From: Candidatus Dojkabacteria bacterium
GTDB taxonomy: Bacteria; Patescibacteriota; Dojkabacteria; J137
Direction of reading: 5' to 3'
DNA: 64,000 nucleotides
Assembly (NCBI GenBank): GCA_040006935.1
Contig: JBDTVZ010000001.1
Location: forward strand, 18,218-82,217
Both the position numbers and the translations under genes were made by a program. The notes beneath the pieces are model-generated. The model was not told the DNA's origin. It saw only the letters and a list, made by a program, of their open reading frames with translations, and made no database searches. Shown piece after piece: positions 28,506-37,463 of the stretch (the first letter of the stretch is position 1; every line of letters begins with the position of its first letter).

Positions 28506-31500
28506 ATGCAGTACGATGAGATTAAACAAACACAAAATAATAATCTTACCGAAATTCAAAGAGAACGTGAATTAAAAGCTGCACAACTTCGAGCACAAAA
28601 TGCTTCTACAATTTTAAACAAAAAAATTAATCGGTCTTCATTTTCTAATTCTGCTAAAGAAGTTAAACCATTTGATTATCTTGAACGGCTAGAATGTTCC
28701 ATGACATTAGATAGAGTTGATTCAGAAAGAAATGGTACTAATATCAATACTCAAATTATAAATTGTGATTACTCTACAGAAATAGATTCTAAAGGTAGAG
28801 AAATAATTAAAATGACAGTGCCCCATCGGCTGGATTTTTTAGCACTAAATTTAAACCCAGGATCAGTTTTTATTTTTGATAGGTCTAACTATAGATTGCT
28901 ATCTATAGAACAAAAAGATCAGCAGAAAGTAGTAAATTCTGTTGAAGTTTGGCCTCATGTTGAAATACTATCTATAGATAAAATACTTTTCACATTCTCA
29001 GATTTACTTAATAAAGAGAAAATCGTAGCCTTTGAAAGTTTAGAAAATAATGTAATGCGTCTCAAAAAAGGTCCTTTTGATGGCTTCCCAAATAAAATTT
29101 ATTTCCAAAAATATAACCTTGAGAACCCAATATTTATTGAAGACTATGATGAAATTAAAAAAGCCTACCATGCTCCTGGGCAAGGGTCTTTTATTGATGT
29201 TGATTATAATATGGCTATTAAAGCGTTTAACCAAGCATCGAACATATTAGAAACCGAAGACAGAACTGCTGATTTTCAATACCCAGAAGTATTAAGATTA
29301 TTTTCTAAATTAAAAATAGCATTTGCTAAAGATTTAATTCCTAATGAAAATCCTCATGACACTGTTTTTGAATTGAGATTAAGAAACGAATTAAATATTG
29401 ATGGTGTACATATTTACGCAGGGGCAGTAATGAAAATTGATGTGAATGATCCAGAATTTTTTACAATAAAGTATCCTCCTCAAAATGGTGTCCAGATTGA
29501 GTTTATAGAAATAAATGGCACAAAATTATATGCACCAGGGGAAATTTTGTGTAGAAATACCTCCGAAGATCTCCAAATAACCTCAATAAATGGTGGCCAA
29601 CTCGAGAATATGGGAAGCGAAAGAGTTATTAAAATTATAAAAGCAAATAATGGATTTATTGGCTTGGTAGCAAATGATGAAGTAATTAAATTCACGAAAG
29701 ATCATAAAGTTTTAACTTTACTAAGTAATGTGGACCCATCAGTACAAATACTAATAAGTGATATTATGAAAAATAGATACTTTTTACATGATATTTACTC
29801 TGATAATTACCTAGAAGGGGCAATTGAACTTGTAAGTAATCACACAGGTTCTCTTGCTACAATAATATTTGAAGATGAACAACCTGGGAATATAATTATT
29901 CCAAACTATCCAAACATTCATCCATCGTTACACGGTCTTGCAATAGGCCAATTTGACAGATTAATTTTAGATAAAAAAGGTGAATTTGCAATCTTTGGCG
30001 TTGCTACTGAAAGATACGATATGCATTTTCGTGGAGTATGGTACGAAAGAATAGAACGAATTTTTATAAATTTTCGAACTGGAGAGGTTAGGTTTAGGTG
30101 TGATAGCTATTTTGAAGGTGGCAAAAGATACGGTCAAACTAAGTACAGTGAGAATACTTATATTATTGTCGATAATTTAGGCCTTAAACAAACAGGAGAT
30201 GGTATATTTTCTGAAGTCGAAAACAATGTGCCAAAGGGAGATGATTATAAGGACCACATTTCAAGGACGCTTAAAATTAAAGAAATAAGAATAGGAGATA
30301 TGAGACAGTTAAATGAAGATAGGATTGATATAACTGCATCATTTGACTCAATAGTATTAAATAACCAAGAAAACCCCACATTACATAACTGGATATACGC
30401 ACAGGCTCCATTTGGAAGTATTGTTAACTTTAATAGTAAAAATTCTATAATTGAAAGCATTGAAGTACCCTACGATACCTATATAAAATCTGGTGGGATA
30501 CGCGCATCACTAGGATCTAGCTTTAAAATAAGTGGTATAAGAAAAGTTTTATTTGAGGAAGATTCTCAGAATTTTCCATTAGATGTAAAGGAATTAAAAG
30601 GTGAAATTACTATTACATTAAATAATAAAATTTATAGGGCAAAAGATATTAGTGTTAATAGTTTAGGTTTAAAATTGGACAAATTCCCTTTAATTACTTG
30701 GGAGGTTATTTACAATGGTGCTACAGAATTACCTGATGAGTTATTAGTGGAAAATAATAGTGTAAATATACCAACAAAGAACGAAATTCTTTATCTTGCA
30801 AATCGATTAACTGTGCAGGTTAATAATAGGAAACCTGAAGATGACTTTGATCTAGAACAAAATGTAAATAGTTTAATCGGGCTAACAAGATGGCTATATG
30901 AATCTGCAAATAAATTAGGTGGCCCATTCAATCTAGCGGAATGGGTTACAATCTATAAACCATTACTTTATTATTACTATAACGACCCTGAGGCAGTAAT
31001 ATTGCTAATAATGGGCTTTATACCTAATTCAAACGGTAATATAGATCCAATAGATTACATGTTTCTTTATGCAACATACCTTGAGATTTTTAAACAAAGA
31101 TATCCGGAGGTAGAAAGTGAATTAATTTTACTATTGAGTAGTTTAAACCCCGATCTTAAATTTATATATAAGAATGAAATTAAAGATATTATAAGTAATT
31201 TTGAAATACTCGAAGATGAGAATAAGCAACATTTCCTAGACGAGTTAGATAGCATAAATATGGATACGCCTAGTCATATCCCAGTCCCAGTAAGTCACTC
31301 TCAAGTAGAAGGCTTCAAAGCAGACCAATTCTCAATAGAAAAAGGTTTTCTCAAATTTAATGAAGAACCTAAAGCAATCGATCTTTTACAAAGAATAGGT
31401 AACCTTCGAGAACTTTCAACTAGCTCTGAGCTTGACAAGCAAATAGAAATAATTAAAGAAAACGGTTCGAGAATTGATATGAATGTTGTTGGTCAGATTT

Positions 31501-33941
31501 CTCAAATCCTTGAAACAATAATAGGCTTTAAGATCGAAGGTTTAGATCTAGCTAAGAACTTTGTTGTATTTGGAATGATAATAAACTTTGCAAATAACTT
31601 ACGCGAATTAAAGAACAAAAGGTCTAAAGACTCTCAAGAAGAAATAAATATTGCTATAACTGAACTGCAGAATAAAATAAATAGAATTAAATCTGGCGAA
31701 TTAACAGAAGAAGAAATGCAATTTGAAATGTCTAATGAAAATGTATTGAAGATTTTAATGCACATGACCTCCGGAACTTTACCCAAAGAATATCTAGTAT
31801 TTACAATATTGATGTTGATTACTTCTGGTGTTGAAATTGCTGGAGTTAGAAACGTTTTAAAACTTGATCAAATTATAAAAAACCAAAGAGGAGATGATAT
31901 TGGAGTTCCGTATTTAAAGTATAGAGAGGAAATACTTGAAGTAAAAGCCACAGGAAATGTGATGGCACTACAAGAAGTTATTATAAAAAACGTAAGCATG
32001 TTAATCAACTACATGAGAAATTTTCATAATTACGAGGATTACTCCGAAGATTTTTTAGTAATGTGTAAATTATTGAACCTTAAAGAAGGTGAGTTCTCTA
32101 CCAACTGTTTTGGTATAGGGCTAATTTATCAAGCCATACTTGACTTAATGATTGGTGATATTTGTGAGATTAATTATGCAACTCTCCATCACGAATTAGG
32201 TAATGATATTGAAGACTGGTTTAAAAATCTGGGTGAAATAGTTATGGCGGGTCATGCTGTATTCATTATTAAACTTCCACTTATAGATGGAGAGGAAAAT
32301 AAATATATCATTGGAGATCCACTAAGTGTGATTAACAGCTTAGCTCAAAAAAATAAAAGAAAACCTTTAGACAAACATCATAATTGCATGGTTGTAAAGG
32401 AGTCCGAACTTATGCTAGACAATGAGATTAATTCTGTTCTTGAAAATACAAAATTCGTTACTATAGATCCTAATAAAAAAATCCGAATAGTTCAGAAAGA
32501 TAATAAAGAAATACAAATGAAGATAGATCCTAATGATGTTTATCAAGTATATAAAGACAGGAATTCTATTTTAACCTATGCAATGATTAGTTCCTTCAGA
32601 GATTTAAATGGCTACTTAACAACCATAGCGCCAGATGAAGGTGAAGTATTAATGGATATGATTACAGATTCAAAATATAAAGGAGATAGAAACAAAGCAT
32701 TTGAGAAGTATATGCTTTTATATAATAGATATTCAGGATTTGAATATAGATCTACAAACTCTAATCAAGTAATAGCATCGAATATAATATTATTAAATTT
32801 TGCTCTTGAAAATGATTATTATATTGAAGCTTTGTTCCTGGCCAATGTAAATAAAATAAAATTAGCCAAACTATATCCAGACAAAGACGACTACGATGAA
32901 TCTTTAATTTTCGATACGCAAAAAGCATTTATACTTACAAAAATAGCCAATCTCGATGAGACAGAAATCCTAAAATTAATTGAAGATAAAAAATATCTTT
33001 TAAGAAAAGAAGATATTACACTTATCTGGGAAAATGTCTCCTTTATAAATTTAACATTGCGTTTATTTAATGAAACAAAAGAGGATCAAAAAAGAACTCT
33101 AAAATTACTATCTTCTGAGTCACTTTACTATTTGATTTTTGATCCACTAAGATACAATAATATCCAGGAAATGAAAGACTTATGTAAAGAGATATTAAAA
33201 GTTGCTTTGGAAAATGATTATTTACCATATTCAGCTTATATTATAGAAAAACTAGTTAAGTTAAGTCCCGAAGACGAAACTCTGAAATTAGTAGAAGATA
33301 AGATTATAAAATTCATTGCTAAAACCGATAACTATATAATACTTACACAACTAAATCCACATTTAATTTTCTCAAAATTTATAGACAAAATTCATAAAGT
33401 TTTAGAAGTTAGTTTTGAGATACCAACTATCCAATCAATTTTAAACATATTGAATGGAGTGAAGGATGATAAAGTTATTGATGATCAATACGAAAGTCTT
33501 CACAAAGTATTAAGTAGTAATCACACTGCACTTGATAGAGCTGCTTATCGACATAAAGTTGAAGAAGAAAAAAGAATAGTTGCAGCTGTAGAGGCAAACA
33601 CTCATAGAATTGAGGAGATAAATAATCAAGTAAAAACTGAAGTGAGGTCAGGAGGGCAATCCTACCAATCCCTGCATCAAGAAGAAAAACCCCTTGAACT
33701 TGGAGACAACTATATAAAAATAACTGAAGAGGCTGTTTTCGGATCGATTGATCTACTCGTGAGTAAATATGGTGAACTCTCAGGAGACATAATGGCTCTA
33801 TTTCTTCGAGGAGCTGATGAAACAGTAATTCGTCTAGCAGAGAATAATTTGAGGAAGAAAGGAATATTACTTCCATCACCCGAAAATGCAGCTAAAAGGT
33901 TACAAGGACAAAATCTCCCATTGTTACAATCGAATTCTTAA
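28506..33941 (+). CDS. giant protein 2 (1811 aa), unknown family, no obvious TM or signal peptide
   Basis: Uninterrupted 5.4-kb ORF. Candidate papain-like Cys..His..Asp arrangement at ~32100..32335. C-terminal helical repeats (ALENDYYIEALF / ALENDYLPYSAYI). Confidence 0.8.
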   Translation: MQYDEIKQTQNNNLTEIQRERELKAAQLRAQNASTILNKKINRSSFSNSAKEVKPFDYLERLECSMTLDRVDSERNGTNINTQIINCDYSTEIDSKGREIIKMTVPHRLDFLALNLNPGSVFIFDRSNYRLLSIEQKDQQKVVNSVEVWPHVEILSIDKILFTFSDLLNKEKIVAFESLENNVMRLKKGPFDGFPNKIYFQKYNLENPIFIEDYDEIKKAYHAPGQGSFIDVDYNMAIKAFNQASNILETEDRTADFQYPEVLRLFSKLKIAFAKDLIPNENPHDTVFELRLRNELNIDGVHIYAGAVMKIDVNDPEFFTIKYPPQNGVQIEFIEINGTKLYAPGEILCRNTSEDLQITSINGGQLENMGSERVIKIIKANNGFIGLVANDEVIKFTKDHKVLTLLSNVDPSVQILISDIMKNRYFLHDIYSDNYLEGAIELVSNHTGSLATIIFEDEQPGNIIIPNYPNIHPSLHGLAIGQFDRLILDKKGEFAIFGVATERYDMHFRGVWYERIERIFINFRTGEVRFRCDSYFEGGKRYGQTKYSENTYIIVDNLGLKQTGDGIFSEVENNVPKGDDYKDHISRTLKIKEIRIGDMRQLNEDRIDITASFDSIVLNNQENPTLHNWIYAQAPFGSIVNFNSKNSIIESIEVPYDTYIKSGGIRASLGSSFKISGIRKVLFEEDSQNFPLDVKELKGEITITLNNKIYRAKDISVNSLGLKLDKFPLITWEVIYNGATELPDELLVENNSVNIPTKNEILYLANRLTVQVNNRKPEDDFDLEQNVNSLIGLTRWLYESANKLGGPFNLAEWVTIYKPLLYYYYNDPEAVILLIMGFIPNSNGNIDPIDYMFLYATYLEIFKQRYPEVESELILLLSSLNPDLKFIYKNEIKDIISNFEILEDENKQHFLDELDSINMDTPSHIPVPVSHSQVEGFKADQFSIEKGFLKFNEEPKAIDLLQRIGNLRELSTSSELDKQIEIIKENGSRIDMNVVGQISQILETIIGFKIEGLDLAKNFVVFGMIINFANNLRELKNKRSKDSQEEINIAITELQNKINRIKSGELTEEEMQFEMSNENVLKILMHMTSGTLPKEYLVFTILMLITSGVEIAGVRNVLKLDQIIKNQRGDDIGVPYLKYREEILEVKATGNVMALQEVIIKNVSMLINYMRNFHNYEDYSEDFLVMCKLLNLKEGEFSTNCFGIGLIYQAILDLMIGDICEINYATLHHELGNDIEDWFKNLGEIVMAGHAVFIIKLPLIDGEENKYIIGDPLSVINSLAQKNKRKPLDKHHNCMVVKESELMLDNEINSVLENTKFVTIDPNKKIRIVQKDNKEIQMKIDPNDVYQVYKDRNSILTYAMISSFRDLNGYLTTIAPDEGEVLMDMITDSKYKGDRNKAFEKYMLLYNRYSGFEYRSTNSNQVIASNIILLNFALENDYYIEALFLANVNKIKLAKLYPDKDDYDESLIFDTQKAFILTKIANLDETEILKLIEDKKYLLRKEDITLIWENVSFINLTLRLFNETKEDQKRTLKLLSSESLYYLIFDPLRYNNIQEMKDLCKEILKVALENDYLPYSAYIIEKLVKLSPEDETLKLVEDKIIKFIAKTDNYIILTQLNPHLIFSKFIDKIHKVLEVSFEIPTIQSILNILNGVKDDKVIDDQYESLHKVLSSNHTALDRAAYRHKVEEEKRIVAAVEANTHRIEEINNQVKTEVRSGGQSYQSLHQEEKPLELGDNYIKITEEAVFGSIDLLVSKYGELSGDIMALFLRGADETVIRLAENNLRKKGILLPSPENAAKRLQGQNLPLLQSNS

Positions 33942-35911
33942 ACTTGCGGTGGAACAGCTGAAACTTCTGTAGTAACAGGTTGTTCAATAGGCTGTGCTTG
34001 AGGAGTTACATTATCTGTTGGTAGAACTGTTCCTGGTTGTTCTAATGGTGGAGCCGAAGAAATATCTAACTGATCTCCTTCTTCATTTTCTACTTTCTGT
34101 TGAAGTAACTCATTAGGGTTTGTAGTTATCAAATTATGCTCATTTTGACTTGCAACAATTTGTATAGCAACATGATTAGCCCCAGCAAAAAATAATCCTT
34201 GTCCAATTCCTGCAGACATTAAAAAAGACTTTTCACCATCTGTAAGATAGAATACTTTCTTTAATTTATCTATCGCAGCTGGTGCTTGCTTCAATAATAT
34301 CTGCATGGATGAGTTATTAATTATTGCTTTACCATAATCTGAAGCTAAGAAGTCATCAACATCTTGTGTAATAGTTGTTAGACCTAATGCATATTTTCTA
34401 GCTCTCTTAGCAATTGAGTATACAAACTTGGCAGCATCTTCGTATTGCATCATAATCCAAGCTTCATCAATTATTAATAATCTTTTCCTCTTATCTCTTT
34501 TAATCTTGGTCCAAATGTAATCAAGCATTACATACATGGCCATTGGTCTTAAATCATCAGCTAAATCACGAATTGAAAATACTGTAAATGTATTGTGAAT
34601 GTTAACCGTGGATTTCCTATCAAACACACCAGATGCGGAACCTTTTAAATATTTTTCTAATCTACGAGCCATTGAATGGGATTCATCTTCCGACATTGCA
34701 TTTAAAATCTTATACAAATCTTCTAACAAAGGAGCTTCGTTTGAATGTGTTGATGGATCGGGTGTGATACCTTTTTCTTTGTACGTTAATATTAAAGCTC
34801 TATCTAAAATTGCTGCTTCCTCTGCAGTTACTGTTCCACCCAACATCATTCTAATTAATCCAGAGAGAGTTAAAATTTTAAATCGGAGTTCATCTTCATC
34901 AGCGTTAAATATCCCAGATAATTCAAAGGGATTCAATTTCTGAGCACCGTCTTGCGAGAATGATATATATTCTCCACCAACTGCATCACATAATCTATCA
35001 AATTCTTTTTCTGGGTCTATAATAATAATGTCAATTCCAAGCATTAAGGACCTCACAGCTTCCAATTTAACTGCATAGGATTTACCAGCTCCGGATGTAG
35101 CCAAAACGACTGAGTTAGCATTAGGAAGTGAAAATCTATCGAAAATAACTAAAGAATTATTATGAAGATTAACCCCATATAAAACTCCTTTATCCATTGT
35201 TAACTCACTACTGACGAATGGGAAAGTTGTAGCAATGGCAGTAGTATCCAAGTTTCTGGTCATATTTATTTTATCAAGACCATATGGAATTGTGCTTTGG
35301 AAACATTCTTCTTGTTGAAGTGTAGCAACTTTAATAATAATTCCAATCGTTGCCATTGTGCTCTCCAGATTCTTTGAAATTTTATCTAACTCTTCCATAG
35401 TATCTGCATGCAATGTTACGTACAAGGCATATTGGAAGAATTTTTCGTTCCCAGCGGCAAGCTGTTCTTGCAAAGTTAATGCATCTTTAAGTTGTACTGC
35501 AACAATAGGATCTCCTTGTCTACCTGCTTCAATTTCAATATTTATTGTTGCCTGAAACTCTGCAATTTTTCTTTTTAAGATTTTTAATATTTCACCAGTT
35601 TCAAAAGGATAATAATAAGTGCTGATGTCTACGGGATATTCAAAGTTAATTAATGGTTCTAACCAACTAGGAGAAACAACACTAGGAAAGCCGATAGCAA
35701 AATATGATCTAAAATACTTATTCCCTATTATTAAATTACTGAAGTTAACCTCAATGGCACTTGGTGCAATAATGTCTTTAACATCAATTAATCCTTGAGC
35801 AAATTTCTGAATAGATTGGTTCTCTCGAGCCAAAGCAGCAGCTTCTTGAGGGTTTATAGGTTTTGTACCTTTTTTAGGTTTTGCGTCTGGTATTAATCCG
35901 AATAAAGCCAT
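33938..35911 (-). CDS. virB4: VirB4/TrbE-class type IV secretion ATPase (C-terminal ~3/4 of a typical VirB4)
   Basis: YFRSYFAIGFPSVVSPSWLEPL, Walker A VVLATSGAGKSYAVK, IIIDPEKEF, NPFEL, Walker B RLLIIDEAWIMM, RKYALGLTTITQDVDDF, NSSMQILLKQ. Pro/Gln-rich C-terminal tail. Confidence 0.85.
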   Translation of the reverse strand: MALFGLIPDAKPKKGTKPINPQEAAALARENQSIQKFAQGLIDVKDIIAPSAIEVNFSNLIIGNKYFRSYFAIGFPSVVSPSWLEPLINFEYPVDISTYYYPFETGEILKILKRKIAEFQATINIEIEAGRQGDPIVAVQLKDALTLQEQLAAGNEKFFQYALYVTLHADTMEELDKISKNLESTMATIGIIIKVATLQQEECFQSTIPYGLDKINMTRNLDTTAIATTFPFVSSELTMDKGVLYGVNLHNNSLVIFDRFSLPNANSVVLATSGAGKSYAVKLEAVRSLMLGIDIIIIDPEKEFDRLCDAVGGEYISFSQDGAQKLNPFELSGIFNADEDELRFKILTLSGLIRMMLGGTVTAEEAAILDRALILTYKEKGITPDPSTHSNEAPLLEDLYKILNAMSEDESHSMARRLEKYLKGSASGVFDRKSTVNIHNTFTVFSIRDLADDLRPMAMYVMLDYIWTKIKRDKRKRLLIIDEAWIMMQYEDAAKFVYSIAKRARKYALGLTTITQDVDDFLASDYGKAIINNSSMQILLKQAPAAIDKLKKVFYLTDGEKSFLMSAGIGQGLFFAGANHVAIQIVASQNEHNLITTNPNELLQQKVENEEGDQLDISSAPPLEQPGTVLPTDNVTPQAQPIEQPVTTEVSAVPPQV

Positions 35912-35926
35912 ATTTTTAATTCTTAA

Positions 35927-36601
35927 TTAGCTGGATCTAACAATTCCAGTAGAAACATCAGAATCTCTAAGATTAAGTATCTCAAGACCCAATTTATCTG
36001 GTTCGTACACAGAGTAATATAGTTTTATTAATTCATCATTTGTTAATTGTTTTGCTGCTACACCCATATTCTGATATTGTTTAATTATCGAATCCCTTTT
36101 TGGATATAACTCCTCTTTAGCCTTTTCTACAATTCTTGTTACATGGGCAATTCTTTCAGGTGTTCCAAAAGTTTCTTTAAACCAGTTATTTTTTATAACA
36201 GGTAAATTTAAACTTGGAATCACAGTATAAAATCTTTTATCTAGAATCTGAGTTGTTTGTGTTAGGTTATTTATGAAGTCCTGGTACAAAGAAACCTGTT
36301 CTGTTACAGCAGTCGAAGTAATTTTCGATTTATAACTTTCTAGAAGTTTTAAATAATTTGCAATGTCAGTTCTTTGAGTTTTAATTACAATTTGTACTGG
36401 GAAATTTGTAGCATTTAAAAATGCAGCAAAAGATCCGATTTTAGCATCTTGTTCCGGTCCATCAAGTAAATCAAAATTAAGCGAAGTAGTTTCTATCACA
36501 ATAGACACTTTTCCACTTTTCAGTACAACCATATCATCTTTAATATCTGCGATATCTAAATGCTCCTGCGTGCTAATTCTTTTTGGATCGAAAATACCCA
36601 T
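35927..36601 (-). CDS. stand-alone VirB4 N-terminal-domain-like protein (apparent split VirB4, part 1)
   Basis: TQEHLDIADIKDDMVVLKSGKVSIVIETTSLNFDLLDGPEQDAKIGSFAAFLNATNFPVQIVIKTQRTDIANYL follows my recollection of the N-terminal pattern of Gram-positive VirB4 homologues. Lies 15 nt upstream of the ATPase ORF. ATG 36601 preferred over TTG 36622. Confidence 0.5.
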   Translation of the reverse strand: MGIFDPKRISTQEHLDIADIKDDMVVLKSGKVSIVIETTSLNFDLLDGPEQDAKIGSFAAFLNATNFPVQIVIKTQRTDIANYLKLLESYKSKITSTAVTEQVSLYQDFINNLTQTTQILDKRFYTVIPSLNLPVIKNNWFKETFGTPERIAHVTRIVEKAKEELYPKRDSIIKQYQNMGVAAKQLTNDELIKLYYSVYEPDKLGLEILNLRDSDVSTGIVRSS

Positions 36602-36761
36602 AATACAATTAAAAGTTCTCAATTAAAAATTAAAAGATTTCTCCTTCAACTATAACAGTATATAGTAAATAGCTGAAAGGATACAATAGGAAATTATTAA
36701 GGACCTATAGCATTAGTCAATAGAAGTTAATCAAAGAATCTAAAAATTTGGGACTGGTTAT

Positions 36762-36789
36762 TTGCCATTGGTTATTATAAGGGTATAAT
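36762..36789 (+). promoter_or_regulatory. sigma70-like promoter (TTGCCA-16-TATAAT)
   Basis: TTGCCA at 36762-36767, a 16-nt spacer, and TATAAT at 36784-36789, upstream of the HD-domain gene. Confidence 0.5.
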
Positions 36790-36800
36790 CCTTTAAGCAT

Positions 36801-36825
36801 ACCTGATGGCGCAGGTTATTTTTTT
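36801..36825 (+). terminator. short hairpin plus T-tract between promoter and HD gene (possible attenuator)
   Basis: ACCTG(36801-36805)/CAGGT(36812-36816) followed by TTATTTTTTT. The stem is only 5 bp. Confidence 0.3.
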
Positions 36826-36834
36826 AATTTTTAA

Positions 36835-37383
36835 TTGAAATGTATGCCTTCTCCAGAAGAATCAGAAAAATTATTATTAGAATATATACAAAATGAGTCA
36901 TTGTTGAATCATTGCAGAATGGTTGCGAAAGCAATGGGAGCTTATGCAAAATCTTTAAATCTTTCCGAAAATGAAGTAGAGGAATGGTACACAGCAGGAT
37001 TATTACACGACTTAGATTGGGAAAAATTTCCTGATGAACACCCGAATAAGGCTGTAAACGAAATACTTCCAGCAAAAGGTTATCCTGAGAATGTAATTCT
37101 TGCTGTTAAAGCACACGGACCTCAAAGAACTGGTAAATATCCAGAAACTAAAATCGAAAAATACTTATTTGCATGCGATGAACTATCTGGATTTCTAAAT
37201 GCATCGTCCTTAATGAGGCCTACAAAATTCGAAGGTATGGAAGTTAAATCGGTAAAGAAAAAATTAAAAGATAAGCATTTTGCAGCTAATGTAAGCAGAG
37301 AGGATATAGAAGAAGGAGCAAGATTAATTGAGAGACCAATTGAGGAGCATATTCAGTTTTTGATAAATGTGTTTAATAATTAA
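36835..37383 (+). CDS. HD domain-containing phosphohydrolase
   Basis: NHCRMVAKAM...AGLLHDLDWEKFPDEHP (H..HD motif), then KAHGP. Confidence 0.75.
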   Translation: MKCMPSPEESEKLLLEYIQNESLLNHCRMVAKAMGAYAKSLNLSENEVEEWYTAGLLHDLDWEKFPDEHPNKAVNEILPAKGYPENVILAVKAHGPQRTGKYPETKIEKYLFACDELSGFLNASSLMRPTKFEGMEVKSVKKKLKDKHFAANVSREDIEEGARLIERPIEEHIQFLINVFNN

Positions 37384-37392
37384 AACTATTAT

Positions 37393-37463
37393 GGACCGCC
37401 GAACTATTGCGCGAGAATTGGCGGTATGACCTCACCCTAACCCTCTCCTTGAAAGGAGAGGGA
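37393..37463 (+). repeat. GC-rich two-hairpin dispersed repeat, copy A
   Basis: GGACCGCC-loop-GGCGGTATGACCTCACCCTAACCCTCTCCTTGAAAGGAGAGGG. Homologous copies at 46885..46956 and 62216..62288 (opposite orientation) and a diverged copy at 63673..63764. Confidence 0.8.
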
